Source: Moniliella sp. 'wahieum' (lineage: Eukaryota). Taken from it: DNA of 64,000 nucleotides. Under the pieces are notes generated by a model that was not told the origin of the DNA, did not search any database, and saw only the letters and a program-made list of their open reading frames with translations. The position numbers and the translations under genes are program-made. The stretch covers positions 310,001-374,000 of the forward strand of contig RSEE01000012.1 in the NCBI GenBank assembly GCA_003971905.1. Direction: 5' to 3'. This document shows, piece after piece, positions 52,715-64,000 of the stretch. Positions within the stretch are counted from its first letter, which is position 1. The number at the start of each line of letters is the position of its first letter.

Positions 52715-54503
52715 TCATGGGAGTAGCTGGGCAGGTCCAAGAGGCGCGCCGGGTTCAGAATGAGGGTATGGTGGACAAGTGCAGGCAAGAGGAGTAGCGG
52801 GACTGTGGACGAAAGGTAACATAGTGAAGAGAGAGGGAGGGTGTAGGGGGGGAACTGCTGATAAACCCGTATCGGAGCAAGAGCAAGAGCAGCGCAAGCG
52901 CAAGAGCAATAGCAAGAGCAAGCGCAAGAGGAAGAGTGAAACAAATGCTAAAGCATGGGAAGAGAAAACGAGGCGGGCACTAGGGGCGCAAGGAAAAAAT
53001 CAAGCACCCAAGGCGTGGACGGAGCGGGTGGCAGACGAGGGTTTGCGTCTCCGCGGGGGCAGGGCCGGGGTGAGGGCGCGGCCGCGTGCAGGTTGGGGCA
53101 GGCGGGTGGGCAAAAGGGAGTGGTGGCGCCGGCGCAAGGGGCGGGGCGGGGAAGGGGAGATACTGTGCGGCTCGAACTCGGCTCCGTCGAGGACCAGCGG
53201 GCGCGGATTGATGGCGGTAGGAGAGGAAAGGAGGAGGGAAGGTAGAGTAGGGCGAGGGATGGTACGAGGGTGGGAGATGGGGCGAGCAGCCGATTGGGCT
53301 GGGCTGGCTGCAGGATCGGACTCGGAAGGCCAGTTGGCCAGGGCGGCACGCAACACTTCGACCGAATGGTACGGCCGCAAATGCAACGGACGCAGGCAGT
53401 TGCTGTTGCGAAGCGCGACGGCCGCTTGCGGATTCAAAACGGGGTCCGCCGCTCGCGCCGACAAAAGAGCATGAAGACGTGCAGGAGCCAGGTCGGCGCC
53501 GATTGACGAGGCAAGCGAAGGGGGAGGATGGGTACCCTTGTCGACCGTACATGCCCATCTTGTTCATCCGACTCCACCGCCTCGGCTTCCTTACTGCCAC
53601 GAACCCCGTCCATCCATGGGTCGTCCGGGTCGTGCAGCACTACGCTTGCACGCCATAGGTTGTTTATGCTACTGCGGCGCGCTGAGGTCGGCCCAGAGGG
53701 CTGGGAGCAGGCAGGGGGCGTCGCTCCATCTGCAACTGGCCGTAGGACGCAGGCCGGGGTACCTTGCGACTCACTTTTCTCGTGGGGCCATCACGCTTTC
53801 TGATATCACGGGGGTCGGGGGGCATCCAGTATCTTCCTCATGGGTCGACCGACGCTTCCGCAACTCACGTCCCCGCATCTCCCCTGCCCCTGCTGCTGCT
53901 TCCGATTTGGATGCAACCTGGGGCCGCGCGCGCTGAGACATGAGGATCGCCGCTGCGCTTTGCGGCCGCTCGGGCGGGGGCGATGCAAGGCGTATAGCAT
54001 GATGGGAGTGCAACACTGCTTTTGGGCTGCCGTTTGTGGTCGTCCTTCCTCGGATGACGGGGGGAACTGCATCGATAGAGGAAGGGGGAGGGGGCTTTCG
54101 CCACCACCAGACCCAGCGGGGCTTATCTTCCTCGCTAGGCGGCGATGTCGGCGCGGCGGTGACCGTGGTGGGGGGGGGAGGGCGGCGGTTGGCAGCCGGC
54201 TGCGGCTGCGGCTGCGGCTGGCGTGGTTGGCGAGGAGTACATCGGAGCTCGCTGTCGGCGGGGGAGAAGGGGTAAGGATGCACGTTTCTTGTAGCCAGCT
54301 TCGGCGAGGAGATCGTGGAGGGAATCGAAGCCGTTGGTGGCGGTGGCGGTGGCGGTGGCGGGGGAGGTGAGGTCAGTGGAGGTGGAGGAGGTGGAGACGG
54401 AGGAGAAGGGGCGATGGCGAACGGCGGTGCGGTGGCGGAGCAGGTTCGACGGCCGTTGCGTGCTGCTGGTCGTCCTGGCCGGAGGGAGGGAAGGAGGGCA
54501 TTG
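52715..54503 (-). CDS. Hypothetical low-complexity protein
   Basis: Overlapping minus-strand Ser/Pro-rich ORFs with one ordered segment, NGFDSLHDLLAEAGYK(E)TCILTP, and later RWVWWW. Boundaries are uncertain because of indels. Confidence 0.5.
52875..52930 (+). repeat. (GAGCAA/GCGCAA)n hexamer microsatellite
   Basis: gagcaagagcaagagcagcgcaagcgcaagagcaatagcaagagcaagcgcaagag. Confidence 0.85.
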
Positions 54504-56488
54504 AATATGGAGTGCAGGGGACGCGCGGGATGACGGCGGATGAGCAGGGAGGGGCTGAGATGGTGGGGGTTGTAGTTGGGGAGCCGAAGTCAGCACACCC
54601 GGTGTCAGGATGCTAGGGCGCCGCTCGCAGCGCAAAAGGGGCGCCGGGAGGACCAGCTGAGGAAGAGGAGCGAGGAGGAATGTGGACGGGCGGGCGCTGA
54701 GCAAAGCAAAGGAGCAGCCAGCCAGAGGCGCAGGCGCGCGACACCCCGAGTACGCAGCCCGAAGTACCAAAAGTATTCCAGCAACACAAAGTGCTCACCG
54801 GGTGCCAGTGCGGCCAGCAGGCCACCGGTCACACGTCACACACATCCCATCCATGCCGCCGTCGCCCACATAGCAGCATGCGCCAGTTGTTGCAGCGCCG
54901 CACAGCGCCAGCGGCCGCCGGCCGCAGGGGGCAAGCCCAGCGTGCCACATGCCACGCTCTGTTCACGCGTCACGCGCACCGGGCGCGGGGGCAGTGCTGC
55001 CCCACCTAAGCCCGGCGAATAGTAAGCGCTAAGCGCTAAGCCTGGGCCCCCCTGGCGGAATCCGGTACCCGGTAACCCTGCGTCGGCGCAAGTGGCGCGA
55101 GAAACTGCCTGCCTGATCCAGCAGCCGCCACGCTGGCCGTCCGCAGCGGACAGCGTTGCGCCCAACCCTAGCCACCACCCAATGGGGTTCGTCCCAATTG
55201 TGCTGGGAATCTGTGAACTGGGGCTGGGCCCGGGGAACATGGGATGCCAATCGAAAACCCCGATGGCGGAGGCATACCGGGGCCAGGCTTACCAGTGGCC
55301 CACCACGCAACCGGCAGGGTCGCACTCTTGAGTTTGGGCATTGGCGGCACTTGCTCTCGTGCCGGCGTGGCAGTGTCAACGTATGTCGACGTTCCACGTG
55401 GCAACGCTGCCCAATCCCCTCGTTTACACGATGGCCGGTGGTGCTGGGTGACACCCTGGCCTGGGCTTGGCAGCCGATGCACCCGCTTACATAAACATGC
55501 CGGCCCACTCCCGAGGCTTTCCGCGTCACGCGCCGCTGCCGCCTTGGCGACTCGCCTTGCTCGTGTCGTAAGCATTTGCCCATGCTGTTTGGCATAGCTC
55601 CTCGGCGCATGGTGGCGCAGTGACGGACACACCTGCGAATGTGCTGGGGGAGCAACACCAGCCGACACCCCTTTCCGTACTTTGTCCCAGGTGGGCACCG
55701 CCGCACCCTCGTTCTCTTGGTGCCGTGGACGATGGGCGATGCTGTACTTCGTGGCCGTGCACCCAAACCAACTGACTTGAAGCTTGAAGGGAGTGAATCT
55801 AGAATCCATCATATCTATTCTCTCTACGACACGTATGCGTCCTTCAATGCACTCAGTGGCACTGTGTCGCATGGCACATGCCAATTCCTTAGTTGGTGCC
55901 CCACGGGCAGGTGGGCGCGATGGTGGTGGAGACTGGGATTTCAAGGCCGGAGCCTGGCTTAACGGCAGTCCCCTAAAAAGGCGTTCAACTTTTCAGAGTC
56001 TCTCATTATCAACAGCACAACTATGGACACACACATCCCCCAGCTGCGTCGCCATCGGCAGTACCCGTTCGCATCCATCCACCTGGAGCATGGCCCTCGT
56101 CCCATCAGCACCCCCCCCCCCCCCCGCCCTACCCCTCCACTCCCCTTGCCTTCTCCCTCAGGCTCTTGATCTGCTTCTTCTCGATCCGAGCATGAATTAT
56201 CTGGTGTGTAGTACTTAGACAGTAATGCAAGTAATGCTTGCGCCAGAATCTGAGGGCTGGCCGCTCATCGGGCTCACCAGCATCCGGGCAGTTCTGGTCT
56301 ACTCGAAAAACATGTATGTATCCACGCTGGGTTGCCCTACATTTCTACGCTTTCCTATGGACCCCCCTCCCAGTAGTATTGTGCTTGGTATGCATCGCTT
56401 GCCCCACGGTCACGCAGCCTGAAAAGAGCAGAGATGAGTCGGAGAGATTGGTCGTACATATGGAATAGAAGAGAGGGGAGTCAGACTT

Positions 56489-58084
56489 TCATCGGACTGA
56501 GATGGTTTTAAAGAGGTGGAAGCCATCTGCTGAGGTAGTCATGGGCATCCCGGGAATCTGCGTGTGCCAGTGCGCCTCCTTAGTCTCTGACGCACCATAG
56601 TGCGAGAACAGGAGTTGGTTGGGTACTTGCTGCCCGCCTTGGCCGACCAAGTCGGCAGTGTTGCTTTTCACGCCGGTCTCCTCATCGTCCGCTTCGACAC
56701 TCAGGTCCCATAGCGTCATCTGGTCGTCCCGCCCACTCGCTGCAAACACGCTTTCTTCCGTCGGATGCCACTCAACCGAATCAATGGGTGCCGTGTGCCA
56801 CTGGAACTCCGCGACCGGCGTCGGCCGTTTGCTCCCCTTTCCCCAGTTGCGCAAATCCCATACCTTGAGCATTCCATCATCTCCGCCGGACAGGATGAGG
56901 TAGTCGGTCGTCTTGTTCCACGAAATGACATTCACATCACTCTCGTGGGCACGGTCATTGGTCACAATGCTTTTGCGTGCCTGGGTGCGTACGTCCCAGA
57001 TCCGGATGGTCGAGTCAGCCAAGCAAGATGCAAAGATGGTCTGTTCCTTGGGCGACCATTGCAGGTCCTCAACGCTGCTTGTGTGCGACGCAAATGGGCG
57101 CTCGTTCGTTACCCACCCCGCCTCGCGCTGCACCGTCAAGTAAATTTTGGAGTGAACATCTCCACTCAGCAATCGTAATGGCAGCTTGCCCCCCTCGGCT
57201 GGCTGTGGTGCCCAGTCCAGGGCATATCCTTCGCCACGATGCTGCCGGACCGAACGCAAAGGGATGGCAACCTTCTTCTTGTCAAACTGGTATGGCTCCT
57301 GTAGACTCGTGAGCATCGGTGCCACATCGTGGATTTGGACGCGACCCATATCGTTCCACACTGCCACGGGGTACGATGTGTTGGCGGCTCGGTCCACGGG
57401 CACCGCCCGCACCCGATTCATCCCACCCTGGATCTGGAACGAGCGGTACTCAACCACTGCATCTTCGTCCAAACCGTCATCATCGTCGTCGTCGTCATCG
57501 TCATTCTCCGAGTCATCTGGAAAAAGTGAGGGTCAGAAACCGCAAACACAACCAATACCAAGGGGGAAAACAGGACGTACTGCCATCCTTGATGGTGCGA
57601 TGATATTGGACGCCTTCATGACCAACACTTCATTGTCCTCGGCACGCTCGGCCTGGGTGCCGCTAACCCAGTATGCCGTGTGAGGGAATCCGCCCCCCAC
57701 CGGCACACGCTCGTTTCCCAACTTGTCTTGCAAAATATCAAACGAAAGTGCTGGCCAGGTTACATTCAACCGTGCATGCAAATCTCGTACGCGCCTTGAT
57801 CCGGCTCAAGCTCGGCTTGGCCTGGCCATCTGGGTGAGCAGAAGGAATGTAGGCCTGTGTGGGAGCCTCCTCCTCTAATTCTCCTCATCGTCTGGTCGCT
57901 CCACGTCACCCTCAATTTCCATTTCCGCATCCGAGGCCACATTGTCTTCCTCAATGTTGTCGCCAAATGGATCTTCAAACTCGCCCATACCCTCATCATC
58001 GGGATTGGGTCCGGGAACAACTCCGGATGCCACACTTTTCGCCTCGGTTAGTACGCGTTCGGGAGAGGCTGCGCGCTTGGACAT
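56489..58084 (-). CDS. RRB1: Ribosome assembly WD40 protein Rrb1/GRWD1
   Basis: MSKRAAS...MGEFEDPFGD, LNVTWPALSFDIL, GTQAERAEDNEVLVMK, GGMNRVRA, EGYALDW, HTSSVEDLQWSP, HESDVNVISWN, TLWDLSVEADDEE and PNQLLFSH. Intron ~57520-57582. Confidence 0.95.
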
Positions 58085-59436
58085 GACTGAACGCGGCGCT
58101 GATGGTGGTGGTTGCAACGGGGGAAGACGCTGGCCGGATGAACTGCTGGCGGCGCAGCTACCCACACTTAGCACCTCCTTGAGCCTCCTTGGTCTGTGGG
58201 TACCAGTCACAGGAAAAAAATCATGATCGAAAGGGAAAAGGAAAAAAGAAAAAGAAAGCCCCACCAGCCTGACGGCCCGACTAGCCTGGCTTGGTTGTAG
58301 GCAGATGGAGCGTACTCTCCTGCCGCGGCGAGTGCAGGAGATGGAGGCGGGAGAAGGACATGACCTCGTTGGGTCTGCCCTCGAACGAAGCGCCGCTTCC
58401 CATCCACCAGGTGGTAGCCCACTCCCGGCTGCGCAACGCTGCGGCGGTGCCATGGAGCAAGAGCGGGAGCGAGGCATACCGATGCCACCGCTGACCAATG
58501 CGCCGGCGCTGCCTTCAGCTTCACGGCTTCAAGCGCATAAAGGCTTGTTGTGCATGCCCCATCATGCACATCATGCATCACATTACCGGCGGGGGTGTTA
58601 GCGGGACCATCCAGCTTGCGTTGCGGGGCGCACGTGAGTGCGCACGTTGACCTGGCAGTGTCGCAGATCGCCCGGAAATGCTTAGCTGCTGGGCAGCACA
58701 GGGTGAGCAATGCGGCGGCACGGAATATGGCACGATTCAACTGGATTCCAGGGGATGGTGCGGGCTGTGCGGAAGGCCGAGGACGCGATGCGCCCCGTGG
58801 TGATGCATGTGCATGATCATGCCATAGTAGGTGTTGTGCTTCAGTCAGGACACGTGGGCCCCGCACGCGGAGCAGAGCAAGCTAGCGTGCTCTGCTGAGC
58901 CTAGTGCTCAAGCTGAGCGGCTGAACGGACTGCGGAACGCGTGAAGCTTGAAGCCAGCCACTAGGCGGAAATGGGTGACTGAGATCTCAGGAGAGGGGGC
59001 AAAGCAGGGGCCACCCAAAGCGCACGCTCCCCCTGACCGCCTCCCGCCGGTACGCCCGCCCGAGTAGGTGCGCGCAGGCATGGGGTCAGTGGGGTAAGGG
59101 CGTTGGTCACGTGATACACGAGGATCTGTGAAAGGACGAGCGATGATCGATGATCGGCGACGCGTGACGACGCGTGTGATGAGGCATGACACTCCGATTA
59201 GAGGAGCAGATCTCAGGATCTCAGAGGCGGGCCGCGGAGGCTATCGGCTGCTGAGCTGTACCGTGTACGCTGATAGCGAGCGTGTTGTTTACCCCACGTG
59301 GTACGTATAGCCCGCCCGATAGGAGACACGCGTCGCTGCGCCCCAATCACCAGTCTCCTAACCCGCCGCCCGCCCGTCGACCATCCCCACCATCCCCACC
59401 CCTTCTCCGTTACCCGCGTTACCTCCCAATCCCACC

Positions 59437-60092
59437 ATGAAGCAGAGAATCGTTACGCGCCGCGCCCGCAAGCAGCAGCGCCGCGAACAACACCAGCCAC
59501 GCAGCAGTCCCCCCGCCAAGTCGCCCTGCTCTCTACACCGGCTGAGCAGCCTGCCGCGCCCCCGCCGCGCACACACTCTCCATCCAAGCACCGCCCCTGC
59601 CCCCCACCCCCTATCCCCGCCCTGATCGCCCCGACGCATGCAGAGGAAGCACCAGCGGAATCTGTGACAGCCAGCCGGCCGATTATACGATTGGCTCAAA
59701 GCCCGGAAACCAGTACCGCTCGCGTACTAGTTCAGCTGCGGCTTGGAGCGCTCGTCGACCTCGAAGCGGGCGAGTACGATTGGCTGGAGGATGGCACGCC
59801 GGAAGGGCCCTCTGCGTTCAATGGTACCGCGTCCTACGGCTCCTCGCTATCGAGCATGGTCACGGGATCCTTGGGCTGGTTCTTGCGCCATCCCGGGCCA
59901 GGGGGGCAAGATGCCTGCCCCTGCCCCTTGTCGCCCCCATGGCTGAGCTGGATGAGGTCGATTGGGAACATACCCCAAGTCAGCGTCCTCGTTCTCGAGA
60001 AGCACCATCCCGATGAGCGGACTTTGCGGAAATGGTATACGGCGCGTGAGGCCCCGCTTGCGGAAAGGGCAAGTGTCTTGCAAAGAGCGTGA
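59437..60092 (+). CDS. Hypothetical protein
   Basis: MKQRIVTRRARKQQRR joined by an indel to ...ARVLVQLRLGALVDLEAGEYDWLEDG...ILEKHHPDERTLRKWY-like segment. No family recognised. Confidence 0.45.
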
Positions 60093-61373
60093 AGCCATCA
60101 AGCTTCTGTATACGTGCTCATGTGCTGTGCACCCATGGTCCAAGCTATTTTTTCCTTTTTTTTTTCTGTCTCTAAGGCCTAAACCTGCCAAGTCTCCACC
60201 CAGTGCTTGCAGAGAAACTCGTCTCTCGATCTTCTGTGCCTCTCCGTTGCCCCGCCTCTGACTGCTTCAATTCACTATCGCTAACGGAAAAAATAACGTA
60301 CTTTCCCTTGCCTTTGCTGCCTCGTTTACTTTTCGAAACCAAATCCACTTGCCGGCTCGCGATTTACAATTACACACGATCTTACCAATGTATTACTCAA
60401 ATACCACGATTGACAAGGACCGAGAAAACGGCCATAGCGGAGCGAGTTTGTCCGCGACACTGTGTACCACCCTCTGGGGGCGCCATGGCGAATATGGTAG
60501 CGAACATTTCAGGGAAGGATATAGTCTGGGGGTTTGTTGTCCCTGCTCCATGGCCGATAAGGTTGATGAGCTGCGACACATCTATATATAGCGGCTAGTG
60601 TTGGATTCCGAACTTTATTCGGAGTAGTCCATGCTTTTCCAACGCAGTGGGAACAGAGCAGAATGCATTACACCATCACCGGGAGGTGTGGGGCGCACAA
60701 AACCGTGTTATACGCATACTGTGGGCCCCAAGGCCAAGCCGCCGATGCCACGTTGGGCCTGATGTTGGCACTTTCCCGCCCCTACCGTTCTTGGACAGTA
60801 ACGCTGGATCAGGCAGTTGAGCGGGCAGGGCTGGTACCACCCCCAGGCGAGGCGGCCATGATCTCAACAAGCTCTTGCTCTACTGCGGCCTAGACGGTGA
60901 CGAGCAGCTGGCAGCTGCCAACTCAGATAGCGGACGGATTTCATAGTCATGCATCATGCAGTGTGGGTTAAATTTAAGCGCTAAGCGACAAGCATTAATT
61001 AATCCCATCAAATCTCGAACACCTGTCGGGAGGATCTGAGATGGTTCCACTTTGATTTGGTCAGCAGCATCCAGTCTGCCCGGAGAGCAGCACTGCGCTG
61101 TGCACTGCTTGGTGCCGCATACGTAGGTACGCCCTGCCAGGCACCTCGCCCCCCACCACCGCCAGCACCAACGCCTCTGTCACCGCCGTCGCCTCTCCCC
61201 CCATCGACCATCCCGCCGTCCAGCCCCCCACAGCCTTCTTCTGCTCCAGGTGCGTCATGCCCCCCCCCGCTGCCGCACCCGGATCGAAGCACCAGCTGAC
61301 CTGTACCTCCTCCTTCCTGATCTCCTTCTGCAGCACTGTGTGTGACACGACCCACCCTACGCACCTGCGCATC

Positions 61374-62216
61374 ATGCAGACATCCTACCTCGACATCTGT
61401 GTCCGAGGGCTGCACGCCTCGGTGCCCCAAGCGGACGACGATGCGATTCAAGCGGTCGAAGCGCTAGCGCTACTCGCTGCCGAAACTGATGTATCTCCGC
61501 TTGAATCTGTCAACGAGGCCGAACAGGTCGCTCACTCTGTGCTGGCCAAGGCCCCGTCCCAAGTTCACCTTCATGTGTCTCGTCTTGGACCTACTGCGCT
61601 GCAGGTGGGAGTCATGAAGCAAGGATCTGGCGCCGAGCTCGCAACGATGATCATTACCTTGGGCGATGGCGCCCCCACCCACACCTACAATGACGATGGT
61701 CTCTGTATATCTACTTTGGAAGACGGCCCTTTGAAGAATCATTCTCGCGACGTGTCTCCCGGAACGCTGGAGCATCCGGATGACTTTGTCCTTCTTCCCA
61801 AGCCGTCCCTATCCCCTCGGTCCGACCCTGCCCTACTGGCTTCGGCTGCTTCGCATCCTACAATCCCGTCCGGTGCGCACACACATACTACCAAGAGGGC
61901 GTCACGGCATTCTGTCTCTCCCCAAAAGAGAAAGAGCCGAACTCCTTCTATGTCTGCAGCGCCAGTCATTGCAGCAGCTCCTGTCGAGTCACTAGCAACA
62001 GCCACCGGCGGGGCGCGCATGTACCCTCCTCCAGGTTCGGTGCGATCTTCGGAGATGCCCTCCTCGGATGGAGACACAACGGGGTCCCAGAGCCCTCGAC
62101 ACACCAGGTCCGTGTCCATTCAGTCTACCTCCCGTCTGTCCCAGGTTCTCAGCCGCGATACCTTGCAGTCCAAGACGTCGGGCGGGATTTTCAAGAGGAT
62201 TTTTGGGCGCCAGTAG
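61374..62216 (+). CDS. Hypothetical protein (~280 aa)
   Basis: Uninterrupted ORF from MQTSYLDICVRGLH to GGIFKRIFGRQ*, with a globular-looking N-terminal half and a Ser-rich tail. Confidence 0.65.
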   Translation: MQTSYLDICVRGLHASVPQADDDAIQAVEALALLAAETDVSPLESVNEAEQVAHSVLAKAPSQVHLHVSRLGPTALQVGVMKQGSGAELATMIITLGDGAPTHTYNDDGLCISTLEDGPLKNHSRDVSPGTLEHPDDFVLLPKPSLSPRSDPALLASAASHPTIPSGAHTHTTKRASRHSVSPQKRKSRTPSMSAAPVIAAAPVESLATATGGARMYPPPGSVRSSEMPSSDGDTTGSQSPRHTRSVSIQSTSRLSQVLSRDTLQSKTSGGIFKRIFGRQ

Positions 62217-62626
62217 CTGGCAGCGGTAATTGGCTCGAAACTTGGGCAAACAACCCTTCCTGACCAAGCAGGCGTTCAAATGGGCTGGCATTTGAATGCT
62301 TCATGCACCTAATCCGCGGGGCCCATTACGGAACTGTGCCCTTCTTGTTCCCATGTCCCGTCCTTTCTCCAATGGTTTCCCCAATCAGGCCATGACCTTT
62401 GATTTCCCAAGTCTGTTGGCTGGGTCCACATTGCTGACCTTGTTATTCCTCTCTCCTCCCTTTTTGTTCTTGTTCACCCCCGAGGAGCAATGAGGTCCTT
62501 TCTCCATTACCCCCATTTGTGGTTTTTTGTTTCAACTACCCTCCCTTTGTTATGCTGCAAGGCCCAATGTCGATACTTGCTCATCCTATACCTGCGAATT
62601 TTATGGGTGTGTGTATAGGAGAGCTA

Positions 62627-64000
62627 TTAACTTGAAGAGATGAGTCCACACAATCGAAATACTGTGGCACTTGTTCCATGCCACACGTCTTTTGCCTTCA
62701 TTTCAGGCTTCACCCAATAGTTCAAAGCCAAAGTGAGTGAAGCGGCTGGGACCGGACCTGCCCACATTTGTAGTGGAGGGTTTCGTCGGAGCGTCATCGG
62801 CAGGAACCCTTGACGCTTCTTCAGGCTCCGAGGACGAAGGAAGTGCCTCGGCGGCGAGCTCAATCAGTCGTACGGCAACCCGATCCGCGGCTTCACGGAT
62901 CCCGATCAAATTGTACGCACCAGGGCCCACCTGCAGCGCCGAGTACGCTCCCACGACAAAAAAGGGGATCTCGGAGGACCATTGTAGGTCTTCGTTGATG
63001 AGAGGAAGCCCACTCGGATCACTGGAATAGGGTGCTGGCGGAGTAGACGACGAGTAAAAGGCAAGGACGAGAAGCTGATGGCTTGGCCAGTGGAAGAGAT
63101 AACATAGTCAACTGTCATCTCTGTCTTCACCTTGACCGTTTGGCTCATTGTATCAGTGTCGGTGGAATCCATAGCAGGCACGCCTTGGTCGCCTTTGTCC
63201 ATTTCATCCTGGGCAGAAACCTCTTGAGGGTCTGGTTTGCCCCTTTTGTGTTGGGCACGATCGAAAGCAACCTGGCGCCTGTGCTGGCTGCACAGATGCA
63301 CATTCGCTTTCTTCTGGGATTCAATCCAATCAAACGACTCTAGTGTAGTGAAGAGATGGACTTGAAGACGTCCTGTCTTCTCCCAGTACGCCAGTACACG
63401 AGCATAGTTGGGAGTCACAGCGCCTCCATTGCGGGCTTCTTTGATCATCTCCCACCTCCCCGCCGCCGAGTCCTCTTGCCAGAATCGCATTTTGTGGAGA
63501 TTGGAGTATTTTCCAAGCCATTCGTGACCCACATCGATGGGCTTGGCTATGAAAGACAACAAGCGATGAGTCAGTAACAGTAGTATGCAAAATGGTAGGA
63601 AGAAGCAGAAGTACGCACATTTAAGAGGACCTCGCATAATCAAGTGAACCTGATCAAAGTAGTTGTGCCGTAGACAAAGATCGGTAATCTGGGCCGACGT
63701 AAGTCCACCCCCAATGATAAGAAGGACTGTCGGATCTTTCCTGAGCGGATCCTTCATGCGCTCTTTCACGTGAGGGGGAGGAAGGGCATAAAGGGGATTG
63801 GCTAAAGCCAGTGAGTGGCACCAGCCTGGTCCACTGGAAGGATTCTTGTCCAGTTGGGTTTGAGAAGTCATTGCCATAGCGCTTTCTTTGGTTGAGGTGG
63901 GTACAGTTGGCTGCTGTGCGGCTGAAGTTGCACATTCCATCCTCTGCCCCCCTTTAAAAGGGGAGAGGGCACGTTGGGCATCCCACCTGGACCCACTGCA
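62627..64000 (-). CDS. FAD/NAD(P)-binding oxidoreductase (lysine N6-monooxygenase-like fold), 5' end outside the window
   Basis: LLIIGGGLTSAQ dinucleotide-binding motif, WLGKYSNLHKMRFW, EARNGGAVTP, DYVISSTG, and GAYSALQVGPGAYNLIGIREAADRVA. Intron gtgcgt near 63550-63617. Confidence 0.8.

Noticed and set aside
54576..56470. Many overlapping 100-250 aa ORFs
   Set aside because: GC-rich intergenic DNA giving Arg/Ala/Cys-rich translations in all frames, with no coherent protein signal.

Overview
Eukaryotic, gene-dense, GC-rich fungal DNA, most likely a basidiomycete (possibly Ustilaginomycotina; inferred from the short GT-AG introns with CTRAC/CTAAT branch points and from the protein families). 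About 25 protein-coding loci can be recognised or proposed: MetAP2, Cia2/FAM96B, Lunapark, a YedJ-like HD hydrolase, a 2OG-Fe(II) oxygenase, an Mkk1/2-type MAPKK, a Zip3/RNF212-like RING protein, Med8, a UPF0390/DUF2462 protein, Cmr1/WDR76, MPP-beta, Kre6/Skn1, Rrp43, a G3BP-like NTF2-RRM protein, Msh4, a vWA protein, Rrb1, an FAD/NAD(P)-binding oxidoreductase and several hypotheticals. Almost every gene, including essential ones, carries 1-bp indels, so the sequence looks like an unpolished long-read consensus and many gene ends are approximate. I saw no tRNA, rRNA, CRISPR array or intact transposon. The most unusual signal is non-coding. Most upstream and divergent intergenic regions contain short arrays with a T-N-A triplet every 7 bp. 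The 4-bp spacers differ from locus to locus but are usually palindromic (13 of the 16 possible palindromic tetramers occur).
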